Part shown: positions 47,275-56,802 of the stretch, piece by piece
Layout of the letters: the number at the start of each line of letters is the position of its first letter
Numbering within the stretch: the first letter of the stretch is position 1
Source: Candidatus Falkowbacteria bacterium
GTDB taxonomy: Bacteria > Patescibacteriota > Patescibacteriia > CAIXNZ01
Direction: 5' to 3'
DNA length: 64,000 nt
NCBI GenBank assembly: GCA_963774955.1
Contig: CAVZGV010000003.1
Location: 386,981-450,980 of the forward strand
Translations under genes and position numbers: made by a program
Notes under the pieces: generated by a model
What the model saw: only the letters and a program-made list of their open reading frames with translations
What the model was told of the DNA's origin: nothing
Databases searched by the model: none

Positions 47275-49210
47275 AAAAGAATTATCTAGCCAAATCATAA
47301 ATAAAATCTTCAAAGATCCCGAAGTGCAGTATGGGCTAAAAGAATTTAAGGGCATTAAGCTTGCTGATGTCTTGGAAATTTTTGAAATTGAAAAAGGTAA
47401 GTATTATATAAAGGATCCTGTACGCGCTAAGGATATTTTAGTTTATAATGAGGAAAAAAATTTAAGCAAACCGGAGGAAATTATCCGTCAGCTTTGGCTT
47501 CATAAGATTATTAAAGATTATGGCTACCCGATAGATCGTATTGGGATTGAAAAAGACATCCATTTTGGCAGAGAAATTCATGGCAAAGCCGCTGATATTG
47601 TCATTTATCAAAAAGACAAGGAAACACCTTGGGTAATTATTGAATTAAAAAGTCCTGATGAGAAAAAAGGGTTGGAACAGTTAAAAAGTTATGTTAATTC
47701 CGAAGGAGCACCAATCGGCGTTTGGTCAAACGGCAACGAAAGAGTGATTTTATACCGATCACACCCTCATGAATTTGAAAATACTTTAAGGGATATCCCC
47801 AGAGCCGATCAATCAATTGAAGATGTGTTGGCAGAAGATGTGACCTTATCTGACTTGGAAAGCGATTTTGATTTGGTGGATATTATTAAAATTTTGGAAG
47901 AATTGGTTTTGGCTAATTCCGGGATGGATAGTTTTAATGAGATTTTTAAGCTGATATACGCAAAACTTTTTGATGAAAAAGAAGCTAAGAAGCGCGAAAA
48001 AAAGATTTTATATTTTAGACAATATAAGGATCCTGAATTGACCATGGCGCAAGTCAGCAAATTATTTGATTCAGCCAGGAAAGAATGGCCGGGAATCTTT
48101 AATGATTATGAGAAGATAGAATTGTCTCCCAATCATCTGGACGTCTGCGTGGGGCAATTGGAAAGAATTAAATTATATGATGCTAATCTGGAAGTTATTG
48201 ATTCCGCTTTTGAATATTTATTGCCTGATGTTGCTAAGGGCAAGAAGGGACAGTATTTTACGCCTCGCCATGTAATTAATATGGCGGTAAAAATGTTAAG
48301 TCCTCAGCCAAATGAATATGTCATTGACCCAGCCTGCGGTTCCGGCGGATTTTTAATTCACGCCATGCGTTATGTGTATGATAATTATTTGCATTTGGAT
48401 AGGGAGGCAATGAGTGATTACGCCAAAAAATATTTATTCGGCATTGATTTTGACGACAAATCAGTTAAGATTTCCCGCGCGCTCATGCTGATTGCCGGTG
48501 ATGGCAAATCTCATATTTTTAAATTAAATTCTTTAAATCCTAGGGATTGGATGGGGAATGAGGCGGAAAAGGAAAGAGCCAGAGGCGAATTAAGAAATTT
48601 GCTGCATAAATTTGATGATTATGATAAAAATAAAGACAATCAGGAAAATTTTAGATTCTTTGATTACGACATTTTACTTTCCAACCCTCCCTTTGCCGGA
48701 GAAATAATTGAAAAGTCGCTTTTAAACCAATATGAATTGTCAAAAAATGAAGCCGGTAAATTAAAAAATAAAATGGAACGCCATATTTTATTTATTGAGC
48801 GTTCATTGCAATTGGTCAAACCAGGCGGCAGATTGGCAATAGTTTTACCGCAAGGCGTTTTTAATAATACCAACATGCAGCAGATAAGGCAGTTTTTAAT
48901 GGACAAGGCAAGAATTTTAGCGGTAGTCGGGCTGAATGTGAATACTTTTAGACCTCATGCAGGAGTGAAAACATCAGTCCTATTTTTACAAAAATTTAAG
49001 GATAAGGAAAAACAGCCCAAAGATTATAATATTTTTATGGCCGTCTCCAAAAAGTCAGGCAAGGACAATTCAGGGGATTATGTTTATAAAAAAGATGCTG
49101 AAGGCAAGTTGGCGGTTGACATGAAAGGTAAGAAGGTTTTAGATCATGATTTGGACGAAATTGCGGAAGAATTTTTAAAGTTTGCGAAAAAGGAGGGTTT
49201 TAATTTTTAA
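47267..49210 (+). CDS. fused PD-(D/E)xK endonuclease / gamma-class N6-adenine DNA methyltransferase (Type IIB BcgI-A-like or Type IIG-like RM subunit)
   Basis: N-terminal AADIVIY…VIIELKSP (D…ExK). MTase motif I VIDPACGSGGFL and motif IV LSNPPF. 647 aa. Followed by a separate HsdS-like gene. Confidence 0.65.
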   Translation: MLKKELSSQIINKIFKDPEVQYGLKEFKGIKLADVLEIFEIEKGKYYIKDPVRAKDILVYNEEKNLSKPEEIIRQLWLHKIIKDYGYPIDRIGIEKDIHFGREIHGKAADIVIYQKDKETPWVIIELKSPDEKKGLEQLKSYVNSEGAPIGVWSNGNERVILYRSHPHEFENTLRDIPRADQSIEDVLAEDVTLSDLESDFDLVDIIKILEELVLANSGMDSFNEIFKLIYAKLFDEKEAKKREKKILYFRQYKDPELTMAQVSKLFDSARKEWPGIFNDYEKIELSPNHLDVCVGQLERIKLYDANLEVIDSAFEYLLPDVAKGKKGQYFTPRHVINMAVKMLSPQPNEYVIDPACGSGGFLIHAMRYVYDNYLHLDREAMSDYAKKYLFGIDFDDKSVKISRALMLIAGDGKSHIFKLNSLNPRDWMGNEAEKERARGELRNLLHKFDDYDKNKDNQENFRFFDYDILLSNPPFAGEIIEKSLLNQYELSKNEAGKLKNKMERHILFIERSLQLVKPGGRLAIVLPQGVFNNTNMQQIRQFLMDKARILAVVGLNVNTFRPHAGVKTSVLFLQKFKDKEKQPKDYNIFMAVSKKSGKDNSGDYVYKKDAEGKLAVDMKGKKVLDHDLDEIAEEFLKFAKKEGFNF

Positions 49211-49236
49211 GCATTTAATTATTAATAATTAGGAAT

Positions 49237-50052
49237 ATGAAAGATCTTATATCTCAAATTAAACAAAGTACCATATTTCTCGGGTTTATGAGAAATAATG
49301 AACCTGTCTATGTTGGAACTGGGTTTCTTATTCAGGTTGATGATGTTTTTTATGTTGTTACGGCAAAACATGTTGTTGAAAAAAAATATAGTCAAATGTA
49401 TATATTCCTAAATAATAAAAATTTTGGTGTAAATTTTAAGTCTATTCAAGAAATACTTAATCAGGGCTGGTCATGGAAAAAACATGGTGACAATGATGTT
49501 GACATCGCTTTATTGCCATTCCCGTTAGCTCCAACTGATAAATCAAAATTTATTCCACATACTTTATTTATTCAAGAAATAGCTGACATATCAGAACTTG
49601 TAAATTTATTTTTTTTATCGTATCAGCCAGGCATCAATGAGCTAAAAAATGATTCATCAATAAATCCTATAATTAGGAAGGGCGTAATATCAAGAATTAA
49701 TTACGATAAAACTTTTTTTATGGATGGGTTTGCATTCCCTGGAAATAGCGGCAGTCCCGTATTTTTGTTGCCAACGCCTATAAAAATTCAAAATGGTTTA
49801 ATGCAAATTGGAGGGCCGGTAGAAATTAAATTGGCAGGAATAATTGGGGCATATATTCCATACAGAGATGTAGCAGTAAGTGAGCAAACCGGAGAAGTTA
49901 GAGCTATTTTTACTGAAAACACTGGGATAGCACTTGTTCACTCAACAGCTCTTCTCCAGGAGATTATTAAGGGTGAAGATTTTCAAGAACAACATAAAAA
50001 ATTGACAAAAATAAAATTGATTCCTCAGGCGGAAAAAGAGCATTCTTCTTAG
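49237..50052 (+). CDS. cytoplasmic trypsin-like (S1/chymotrypsin fold) serine peptidase
   Basis: No signal peptide. His in VVTAKHVV, Asp in VDIALLPF, Ser in FPGNSGSPVFL. Confidence 0.55.
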   Translation: MKDLISQIKQSTIFLGFMRNNEPVYVGTGFLIQVDDVFYVVTAKHVVEKKYSQMYIFLNNKNFGVNFKSIQEILNQGWSWKKHGDNDVDIALLPFPLAPTDKSKFIPHTLFIQEIADISELVNLFFLSYQPGINELKNDSSINPIIRKGVISRINYDKTFFMDGFAFPGNSGSPVFLLPTPIKIQNGLMQIGGPVEIKLAGIIGAYIPYRDVAVSEQTGEVRAIFTENTGIALVHSTALLQEIIKGEDFQEQHKKLTKIKLIPQAEKEHSS

Positions 50053-50129
50053 TAGTTGGTATCTTTATTGATATTTTATCCCTATCTGTAGCCGTAAGTG
50101 GATAATCAAAATTAACTTAATTTTATTAT

Positions 50130-50966
50130 ATGGATGAGCGATTAAATAAAATGATTCTCGATATGGGAAAGCAATATGGCGAACATGCTAAAATTTTGAG
50201 CGAAAAAGTCAATGCGGAAATGAAAAAAAATTTTAAGGTAATCCATGAGATTACAGAAAGTTTAAAAAAACAAATTGAAGATATCAGCCCCGCAATTTTA
50301 ATGGTTCAAGAATCTATTCGGCAATTTGAGGAATCTAAGGAGTTTCATAAATTTGAGCAGCAAGCGTTTAATAATAGTGGTTGGTGGATAACCCCTTCAT
50401 TAATGGAAGTTCCAGTATACAAATTCCGTAATGCTGTAATTAAATACAATAAGGGTCAAAAAATTGCTATAACTAATTTGTATATATCGATTTATCAAAA
50501 GAATAATTGTAAATATTTGGGGCAGGTATTAAATAGTTGGGATAGTAATAAATACTTTAAACCATGGATGAAAATTATAAGGCAAGCATTAGAAGCTCAT
50601 GTGGATAAAAAATATTTTCTGTCAGTACCCGCATTATTGTTAGTAGCCGAGGGTATTTCAACTAATTATTGTAAAAAAAATAAGATTAAAATTCCCTATA
50701 AAGAAAATTCAAAAGGAGGTGAGAAAATCAAAAAAGCATTAAATTATATTAAAAATAATAAAGAAATTGAATTTTTAAATGCAGATTTTTTTATACTTGC
50801 TCTTGATAATATTATCTATGCTCAGACTTATAAAATTAATAAAAAAACTTTTAAATATTTCCTTAATCGCCATGCGGTTTTGCATGGTGGAACTACAGAC
50901 TATGGCACTTTGAAGAATTCATTAAAGTGTTTTATGTTGTTAGATTTTTTAAGTATTTTAAAATAA
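50130..50966 (+). CDS. hypothetical protein (278 aa), partner of the trypsin-like peptidase
   Basis: No recognisable motif. AT-rich. Its stop abuts the HsdS start (50966/50967). Confidence 0.5.
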   Translation: MDERLNKMILDMGKQYGEHAKILSEKVNAEMKKNFKVIHEITESLKKQIEDISPAILMVQESIRQFEESKEFHKFEQQAFNNSGWWITPSLMEVPVYKFRNAVIKYNKGQKIAITNLYISIYQKNNCKYLGQVLNSWDSNKYFKPWMKIIRQALEAHVDKKYFLSVPALLLVAEGISTNYCKKNKIKIPYKENSKGGEKIKKALNYIKNNKEIEFLNADFFILALDNIIYAQTYKINKKTFKYFLNRHAVLHGGTTDYGTLKNSLKCFMLLDFLSILK

Positions 50967-52292
50967 ATGACTTACTCAATAATCCCCAAATCCCACTTGG
51001 AAGGCGCTCTGCGTCTAGACCCGGAATACTATCAGCCGGAGTATTTGGAATTGATAAAAAAACTCGAGAAGTTGACTGATAAAAAATTGAAAGATTATGC
51101 TATTAACATTTCCAGGGGGTTTAAACCAATCAAGGGCGACTTTTTTAATTATATTGAAATATCAGAAATTGATTTAGGGAATGGTACTTTTAATGAATCT
51201 AAAATTCTAGGTGAGGAAGCACCGGATAGGGCGCAAAAAGTTGTAAAAGAGGGCGACGTTATTGTGTCTACTGTCAGGCCTAATAGAAATGCTGTTTCTT
51301 TGATCAGGGCAGAGCATAACAATTTTGTTGCTTCGAGCGGTTTTTGCAATATTGAACCTCGAAAAGTTTCTTCAGAGTATTTATTCGCTTATCTAAAAAC
51401 TAATCATGTTATAAAGCTATTGGACAGATTGACTTCCGCAAGCATGTATCCCGCGGTAACAGAGGAAGACATAATGAATTTACCTTTTTATGTTAAAAAT
51501 GAGCAAGCTATTATTAAATTAGTAAAAGAAGTTTTTGAGCAAATTGAGAAATCGAAATCGCTTTACGCCCAAGCCGAAGATTTACTGCTTGAAGAATTGG
51601 GTATTAATGATTTGGAATCAGAAGAAGATTTAACTTTTACAGCTACTTTAAAGGATTGCCTGCAAGCTGTTCGTATTGATGCTGATTTTTTTCAGCCGAA
51701 GTATGAGAGGATTTTAAGTAAAATAAAAGTTAAAAGGGAGAAATTAAGTAATTTAGTTTCTTTACAAAAGGGGATTGAGCCAGGCAGTGAAGAATATGCG
51801 GAAGAAGGCAAGCCGTTTATTCGCGTATCCAATATGTCCAAGTTCGGCTTAAATGATAATAATCAGCAATATTTGAGCGAGAAAATGTATAATGAATTGA
51901 AAGATAAATATCAGCCTCAAAAGGGAGATATTTTATTAAGTAAGGATGCGACTCCTGGCATTGCGGTTTTACTAGAAAAAGATGTTGAGGGTATTATCTC
52001 TGGCGGTACTTTACGATTAAAAATAAAAGATAAAACTTTAGTTCCTCAATACTTATCTTTAGTTTTAAATTCTGTAATTTGCCAAATGCAAATCGAAAGA
52101 GATGCTGGTGGGTCAATTATTATTCACTGGAGACCTGATCAAGTGGAAAATACAATTATTCCTATTTTACCCATCAAAATCCAGCAAAAAATTGCTGATT
52201 TGGTCAGTGAATCTTTTAAGTTAAGAAAAGAGGCCAAGGAACTACTAGAAGAAGCGAAAAAGAGGGTGGAGGAGGAGATTGAGAAGAAATAA
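50967..52292 (+). CDS. hsdS: restriction-modification specificity subunit (HsdS-like, two TRDs)
   Basis: GDVIVSTVRPNRNAV, YPAVTEEDIMNLPFYV, IPILPIKIQQKIADLV and a C-terminal coiled-coil spacer. 441 aa. Confidence 0.7.
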   Translation: MTYSIIPKSHLEGALRLDPEYYQPEYLELIKKLEKLTDKKLKDYAINISRGFKPIKGDFFNYIEISEIDLGNGTFNESKILGEEAPDRAQKVVKEGDVIVSTVRPNRNAVSLIRAEHNNFVASSGFCNIEPRKVSSEYLFAYLKTNHVIKLLDRLTSASMYPAVTEEDIMNLPFYVKNEQAIIKLVKEVFEQIEKSKSLYAQAEDLLLEELGINDLESEEDLTFTATLKDCLQAVRIDADFFQPKYERILSKIKVKREKLSNLVSLQKGIEPGSEEYAEEGKPFIRVSNMSKFGLNDNNQQYLSEKMYNELKDKYQPQKGDILLSKDATPGIAVLLEKDVEGIISGGTLRLKIKDKTLVPQYLSLVLNSVICQMQIERDAGGSIIIHWRPDQVENTIIPILPIKIQQKIADLVSESFKLRKEAKELLEEAKKRVEEEIEKK

Positions 52293-52295
52293 ATA

Positions 52296-52320
52296 AAAAT
52301 CTCATCTAAAATATTTTTTA
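52296..52320. repeat. REP-like intergenic motif AAAAATCTCATCTAAAATATTTTTTA (copy 1)
   Basis: Variants at 54369-54395, 54714-54740, 55689-55715, 59652-59688 (CCCCTAAGGGG variant), 60718-60745 and 62154-62181. Always sits between a stop and the next start. Confidence 0.6.
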
Positions 52321-52336
52321 AAATAACTAAAAATCT

Positions 52337-53923
52337 ATGGAAGCAGGTAAGAGAAACATCTCAGATATATTTAATCGCGCGCATAAATTATCAGTCCCTC
52401 ATTTTCAGCGAGCGTATGTTTGGGATGAGGAACAGTGGGAAAGATTTTTGGAGGATGTGGACTATGCTTCACGGGCAAATCCCCCTTATTTTATGGGGTC
52501 TATTATCTTGAAACAGCAAGAGACTACAATTAAGCAAGGCGATATACGTACAATTATTGATGGCCAGCAAAGATTGACGACATTTATTTTATTCTTTAAA
52601 GTACTCTATGATAAGCTAGGATTACCCGAAAAATTTAAGGAAATTTTCACCACTTTTGGCGGTGATATAATTCTGGAACATAATTATTCCGACAGGCCAA
52701 TCTTTGAAAAAATTTTACTGGGTGATGAATTGGGTAAAAAGGAAAAGAAGACAAGAATTTATAAATGTTATGATTATTTTTTGAATAATATTGATGAAAA
52801 AGTAATTAGCCCCAATAACTTACTGTCAAATATATTATTTGTGGGTATTGAGTTGCAATATCATGAAGATGAGCAGCAAATTTTTGATACTATTAATTCA
52901 TTGGGTGTTAGACTGACAACTGCCGAATTGTTGAAGAATTATTTATTTAAGGATGATCTTGATTTTTATAATAAGAATTGGCGCGATGTATTTGAAAAAG
53001 AGGATGAAATTAAGGAATACTGGGACCAGGGAGTAACTTCCGGCCGAAATATTAGAAATAATATTGACCTATTCTTGCAGTCTTATTTATTTATTAAGAT
53101 TCAAGAGAAAGACATTAATGTGAGCTCTGAGGATAAAGAACGTTATTTTAAGATTGATTCCGTTTTTAATTCGTATAAGGAATTCATGAATAAATACAAA
53201 CAGGATAGGGATTCGATCATCAATGAGTTAAAGGATTATGCGCTTATTTATAAGGATACTATTAATCCCGAAATTGTTGAGCAAGATTTAAATGCAGATG
53301 ATTATGTGCAGCGGATAAACTTGGTAATGTTTGGATTAGATACTGCAACGATTATTCCATATGTGCTGTATGTATCCAAAAAAGTGAGAGATGAGGAGGA
53401 AAAAAATAAGATTTTTAGATATCTTGAAGCGTATTTGATGAGACGGCTTGTTTCGAAAAAAACTACTAAAAATTACAATCAATTATTTAGGGGTTTTATT
53501 AATAATGAGATTGATACATTGGAAAAATTAAAGGATGCAATTGAGAAAAAGGGCGAAAAGATTAATAATATGCCAACAGACAATGATGTAATGGAGGGCG
53601 TAAATAAATCCCAGCTAACTAATAAACAAGCAAGGGGCATCCTTTATTTGATTGAGAGGTCAATCAGAAGCGATCTAAACGCTACTGAGCTAAAATTTCT
53701 TAATGAATATAGTCTTGAACACGTAATGCCAAAGAAATGGAGGAATAATTGGGGAGGTAATGAATTAACTGATGAACAGAAAAAAGAGCGAGATGATATA
53801 TTGTTGACATTGGGTAATTTGACATTAATTACTAAAAAATTAAATTCGTCAATTAGAGATTCTGACTGGCAGAAAAAGAAAAAGGGTAGGGGAAGCCATA
53901 AAGGATTGCTAGAGTATGCTTAA
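52337..53923 (+). CDS. GmrSD-like Type IV restriction enzyme (DUF262 ParB-like N-domain plus DUF1524 His-Me C-domain)
   Basis: N-terminal …HFQRAYVW…IIDGQQRLTT (DGQQR). C-terminal …LEHVMPKKW…LGNLTLI (His-Me finger-like). Confidence 0.6.
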   Translation: MEAGKRNISDIFNRAHKLSVPHFQRAYVWDEEQWERFLEDVDYASRANPPYFMGSIILKQQETTIKQGDIRTIIDGQQRLTTFILFFKVLYDKLGLPEKFKEIFTTFGGDIILEHNYSDRPIFEKILLGDELGKKEKKTRIYKCYDYFLNNIDEKVISPNNLLSNILFVGIELQYHEDEQQIFDTINSLGVRLTTAELLKNYLFKDDLDFYNKNWRDVFEKEDEIKEYWDQGVTSGRNIRNNIDLFLQSYLFIKIQEKDINVSSEDKERYFKIDSVFNSYKEFMNKYKQDRDSIINELKDYALIYKDTINPEIVEQDLNADDYVQRINLVMFGLDTATIIPYVLYVSKKVRDEEEKNKIFRYLEAYLMRRLVSKKTTKNYNQLFRGFINNEIDTLEKLKDAIEKKGEKINNMPTDNDVMEGVNKSQLTNKQARGILYLIERSIRSDLNATELKFLNEYSLEHVMPKKWRNNWGGNELTDEQKKERDDILLTLGNLTLITKKLNSSIRDSDWQKKKKGRGSHKGLLEYA

Positions 53924-54065
53924 GGAATTGAGATATTTTCAAAATATTTACAGAAGGAGTCATGGGGTGAGGAGGGAATAAAGGAACGCGCAAATGAACT
54001 TTATGATTATATGGTTAAGAATGTTTGGAACTTGAAGTTTTAAAAAACAGAGGAATTTTATATTT

Positions 54066-54365
54066 ATGATAAAAGCTATCAGTATGAATGATGAGGGCAG
54101 GGTTAAGAATTTTATTCAAAGCAACCATTGGATTTTCGCTAAAACTTATGCTAAGACTGCTCCTCACGAATATGTCTGTCGGGATTATCTTGATGACTCA
54201 ATGAAAAATGAATTTGTTTGGTTTGTTGAATTTATCAGAAAAAACGGAAACCCGGAAAAGTTTTTCAATTCAGAATATATTTATTTTCCTATCGACGGAT
54301 ATAAATACTGGACTATGGGTAATCCAATTGACGAAACTACTATTATAAATAGAGCGATTGTTTAA
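54066..54365 (+). CDS. hypothetical small protein
   Basis: 99 aa. Flanked on both sides by the REP-like motif. Confidence 0.4.
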   Translation: MIKAISMNDEGRVKNFIQSNHWIFAKTYAKTAPHEYVCRDYLDDSMKNEFVWFVEFIRKNGNPEKFFNSEYIYFPIDGYKYWTMGNPIDETTIINRAIV

Positions 54366-54397
54366 AATAAAAATCACATCTAAAATATTTTTTAGAT

Positions 54398-54715
54398 ATG
54401 TCGAAAAATCCTAATAAACAATTCATTGTTAATTTACAGGAGATGCAACTCGAGCGGGTTTGTTTTATAAAAATATCAGTCAGTAAGTCTCAGATTATTA
54501 AAAGAATCGGAGCCAAGCTTAGTGCGGAGATTTTAAGCCATGTCAAACCAATGAAGCTTTATGGCGTGAGCCGATATTTATACGCGGATATTAAAAAATA
54601 TTTAAATAAGACCAGTCAGGGCAGGGATTTGTTTATAGAACTCGTCGGCGGACAATCGTGTTTTTTGCCTCCAATCAATAAACATAGACAGGGGAAGCTA
54701 TTTATTAAGTCATAA
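54398..54715 (+). CDS. hypothetical small basic protein
   Basis: 105 aa. Flanked on both sides by the REP-like motif. Confidence 0.4.
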   Translation: MSKNPNKQFIVNLQEMQLERVCFIKISVSKSQIIKRIGAKLSAEILSHVKPMKLYGVSRYLYADIKKYLNKTSQGRDLFIELVGGQSCFLPPINKHRQGKLFIKS

Positions 54716-54737
54716 AAATTTCATCTAAAAAATTTTT

Positions 54738-55340
54738 ATGAAAAAACTCTCCCATCTCCTCATCCTCACCACCCTCATCCTCACCCTCACCGCCTGTTCT
54801 GAAGCGGGGACACTGGTTGTTAATACTAACCAGTGTCGGGATGTGGAATTGGCCAAACCAAATATTAATCAAATAGTTGCGCCTGAAAATAATGTTCCGG
54901 AACCTGTTTCTGATTTATACCCTGTGACCAAAGTCGTTGACGGCGATACCATCGATGTAAATATTGACGGCACAGTTGAGAGGATCAGGTTGATCGGCAT
55001 TGATACTCCGGAAATAGTTGATCCCAGAAAACCCGTGGAATGTTTCGGACTTGAGGCTTCCAATAAAGCCAAGGCAGTTTTGACCGGCCAACAAGTCAGA
55101 TTGGAAAAAGATAATTCTCAGGCCAATCGGGATGTTTATAATCGTTTGTTACGATACGTCTTTTTGGCTGACGGTATAAATTTTAATAAGATGATGATTG
55201 AACAGGGTTATGCTTATGAATATACTTATGACCTGCCCTATAAATACCAGACAGAATTTAAACAAGCGCAAAAATATGCGCAGGACAATAAATTAGGGCT
55301 TTGGCAGGATAATGTTTGCCCGGGTACGACATTAAAATGA
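54738..55340 (+). CDS. lipoprotein thermonuclease (SNase-like)
   Basis: Lipobox LTLTACSEA. VVDGDTIDVNIDG…RIRLIGIDTPE SNase active-site region. Confidence 0.7.
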   Translation: MKKLSHLLILTTLILTLTACSEAGTLVVNTNQCRDVELAKPNINQIVAPENNVPEPVSDLYPVTKVVDGDTIDVNIDGTVERIRLIGIDTPEIVDPRKPVECFGLEASNKAKAVLTGQQVRLEKDNSQANRDVYNRLLRYVFLADGINFNKMMIEQGYAYEYTYDLPYKYQTEFKQAQKYAQDNKLGLWQDNVCPGTTLK

Positions 55341-55395
55341 GGTTTGACGTATTTAAAATAATTTTAAAGATAAAAATCTGCCTTTTCATGTTATT

Positions 55396-55714
55396 TTTCA
55401 TTGAAAGAGAATGATGATTTTGGCCAATCGGAAGGTAGAGACACGGTTAACCGTGTCTCTACAGAACGTAAATTCGGTTCAGTCCCGCCAAAATCATTGT
55501 CATCAATTGTTAATACATTTAAAGGCGGCGTAACCCGTCGTTGTCATGAAAATAAATTGGATTTCAAATGGCAATCAAATTATCACGAACATATCATCCG
55601 CGACGAGGACGATTATGCCCGGATCTGCGAATATATCCGCTGTAACCCGGGTAAATGGTCTGAAGATCGAAATAATCCTTTAAATATAAAAAATCTCATC
55701 TAAAATATTTTTTA
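55396..55714 (+). mobile_element. 5'-truncated copy of the IS200/RAYT-type HuH transposase gene, about 99% identical to the 3' ~320 nt of copy 61600-62181
   Basis: Encodes …DFGQSEGRDTVNRVSTERKF…WQSNYHEHIIRDEDDYARI… (catalytic-Tyr region) but lacks the HVH motif. Ends in the REP-like motif. Confidence 0.6.
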
Positions 55715-55754
55715 AAATTTCAGTCAGCTATTTTAGGTCTGTTGATAAAAAATT

Positions 55755-55795
55755 TGACACTATATTTAAGTGTGGTATAATAATACCACACCTTT
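55755..55795 (+). promoter_or_regulatory. strong sigma70 promoter with an operator-like inverted repeat overlapping -10
   Basis: TTGACA, 16-nt spacer, TATAAT. GTGTGGTA…TACCACAC 8-bp inverted arms span the -10 box. Directly upstream of the XRE-family gene. Confidence 0.55.
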
Positions 55796-55815
55796 AATTT
55801 ATAAAAAAAATCGCT

Positions 55816-56196
55816 ATGCCAAACGCTAATTTAAAAAAATTCGGCGAGCTTTTGAAAGCTTTAAGAATGAAGCAGGATTTAAGCTTGCGGGACGTATGCA
55901 AAAAGGTTAATTATGACCCCAGCAACTGGAGCAAGATTGAAAGAGGTATGATTTCTCCGCCCAGCGAGGAGGTTGTTTTAGGCCAATGGGCATTGGCCTT
56001 AGGTCTGGCCAAAGAGAGCAAAGAGTATTATGAATTTATTGATTTGGCCAATATTGCCCAGGGCATTATTCCGGATTACATTATGCAGGAAAAAGACTTG
56101 GTCAGAGCTTTGCCGGCTTTTTTCAGGACGGTTAGAAATGAAAAACCGACCAAAAAAGAGATTGACGATTTAATCAATCTGATTAAGAATAATTAG
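55816..56196 (+). CDS. XRE-family HTH transcriptional regulator
   Basis: LKALRMKQDLSLRDVCKKVNYDPSNWSKIERG (HTH_3). Confidence 0.65.
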   Translation: MPNANLKKFGELLKALRMKQDLSLRDVCKKVNYDPSNWSKIERGMISPPSEEVVLGQWALALGLAKESKEYYEFIDLANIAQGIIPDYIMQEKDLVRALPAFFRTVRNEKPTKKEIDDLINLIKNN

Positions 56197-56203
56197 GAAA
56201 TTA

Positions 56204-56779
56204 ATGCAAACACCTTATTTCAAAAATCAGGAGCTTAAGCACAAAGCTGATGAGTTCAGAATTAAGCATTGGGGCAATGATGTGCCGGTAGATATTGAGC
56301 AGATTATTGAAGTTAAGCTGGGTATGGATATTATTCCGGTTCCCGGTTTATATAAACAATGCAATACCGATGCTTTGATTTCTTCGGACTGGAAGACGAT
56401 TTATGTGGATAATGATAATTATATTGATGACAGATGTTATAACCGCATTCGTTTCTCTTTGGCGCATGAAATCGGCCATTTTATTTTGCATCAGGAGCTT
56501 TATGCATCTTTTGGCATTATGAGCGTTGAGGATTTTTATAATATAATTGATGGGTTAAATAATGATTATGGGATAATTGAAGGCCATGCCAATCGCTTTG
56601 CCAATTTTTTGCTGGTACCGAGAGAAAAATTGGAAATTGAAAAGGTCAAAGCCTTGCAAGCCCACCCCGAAATAAAGGAATTGGAAGCTGCAACTGTAAA
56701 TTCCTACATTGCTATTCCCTTAAGTAAAATATTTGAGGTTAATGAAGGAGTCGTGGAAATTAGCCTAAATAACAAATAA
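56204..56779 (+). CDS. ImmA/IrrE-family metallopeptidase
   Basis: HExxH in SLAHEIGHFILH. Immediately downstream of the XRE gene, the classic ImmR/ImmA arrangement. Confidence 0.65.
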   Translation: MQTPYFKNQELKHKADEFRIKHWGNDVPVDIEQIIEVKLGMDIIPVPGLYKQCNTDALISSDWKTIYVDNDNYIDDRCYNRIRFSLAHEIGHFILHQELYASFGIMSVEDFYNIIDGLNNDYGIIEGHANRFANFLLVPREKLEIEKVKALQAHPEIKELEAATVNSYIAIPLSKIFEVNEGVVEISLNNK

Positions 56780-56802
56780 AGAGTTTATTTTAAAATACCC
56801 CT

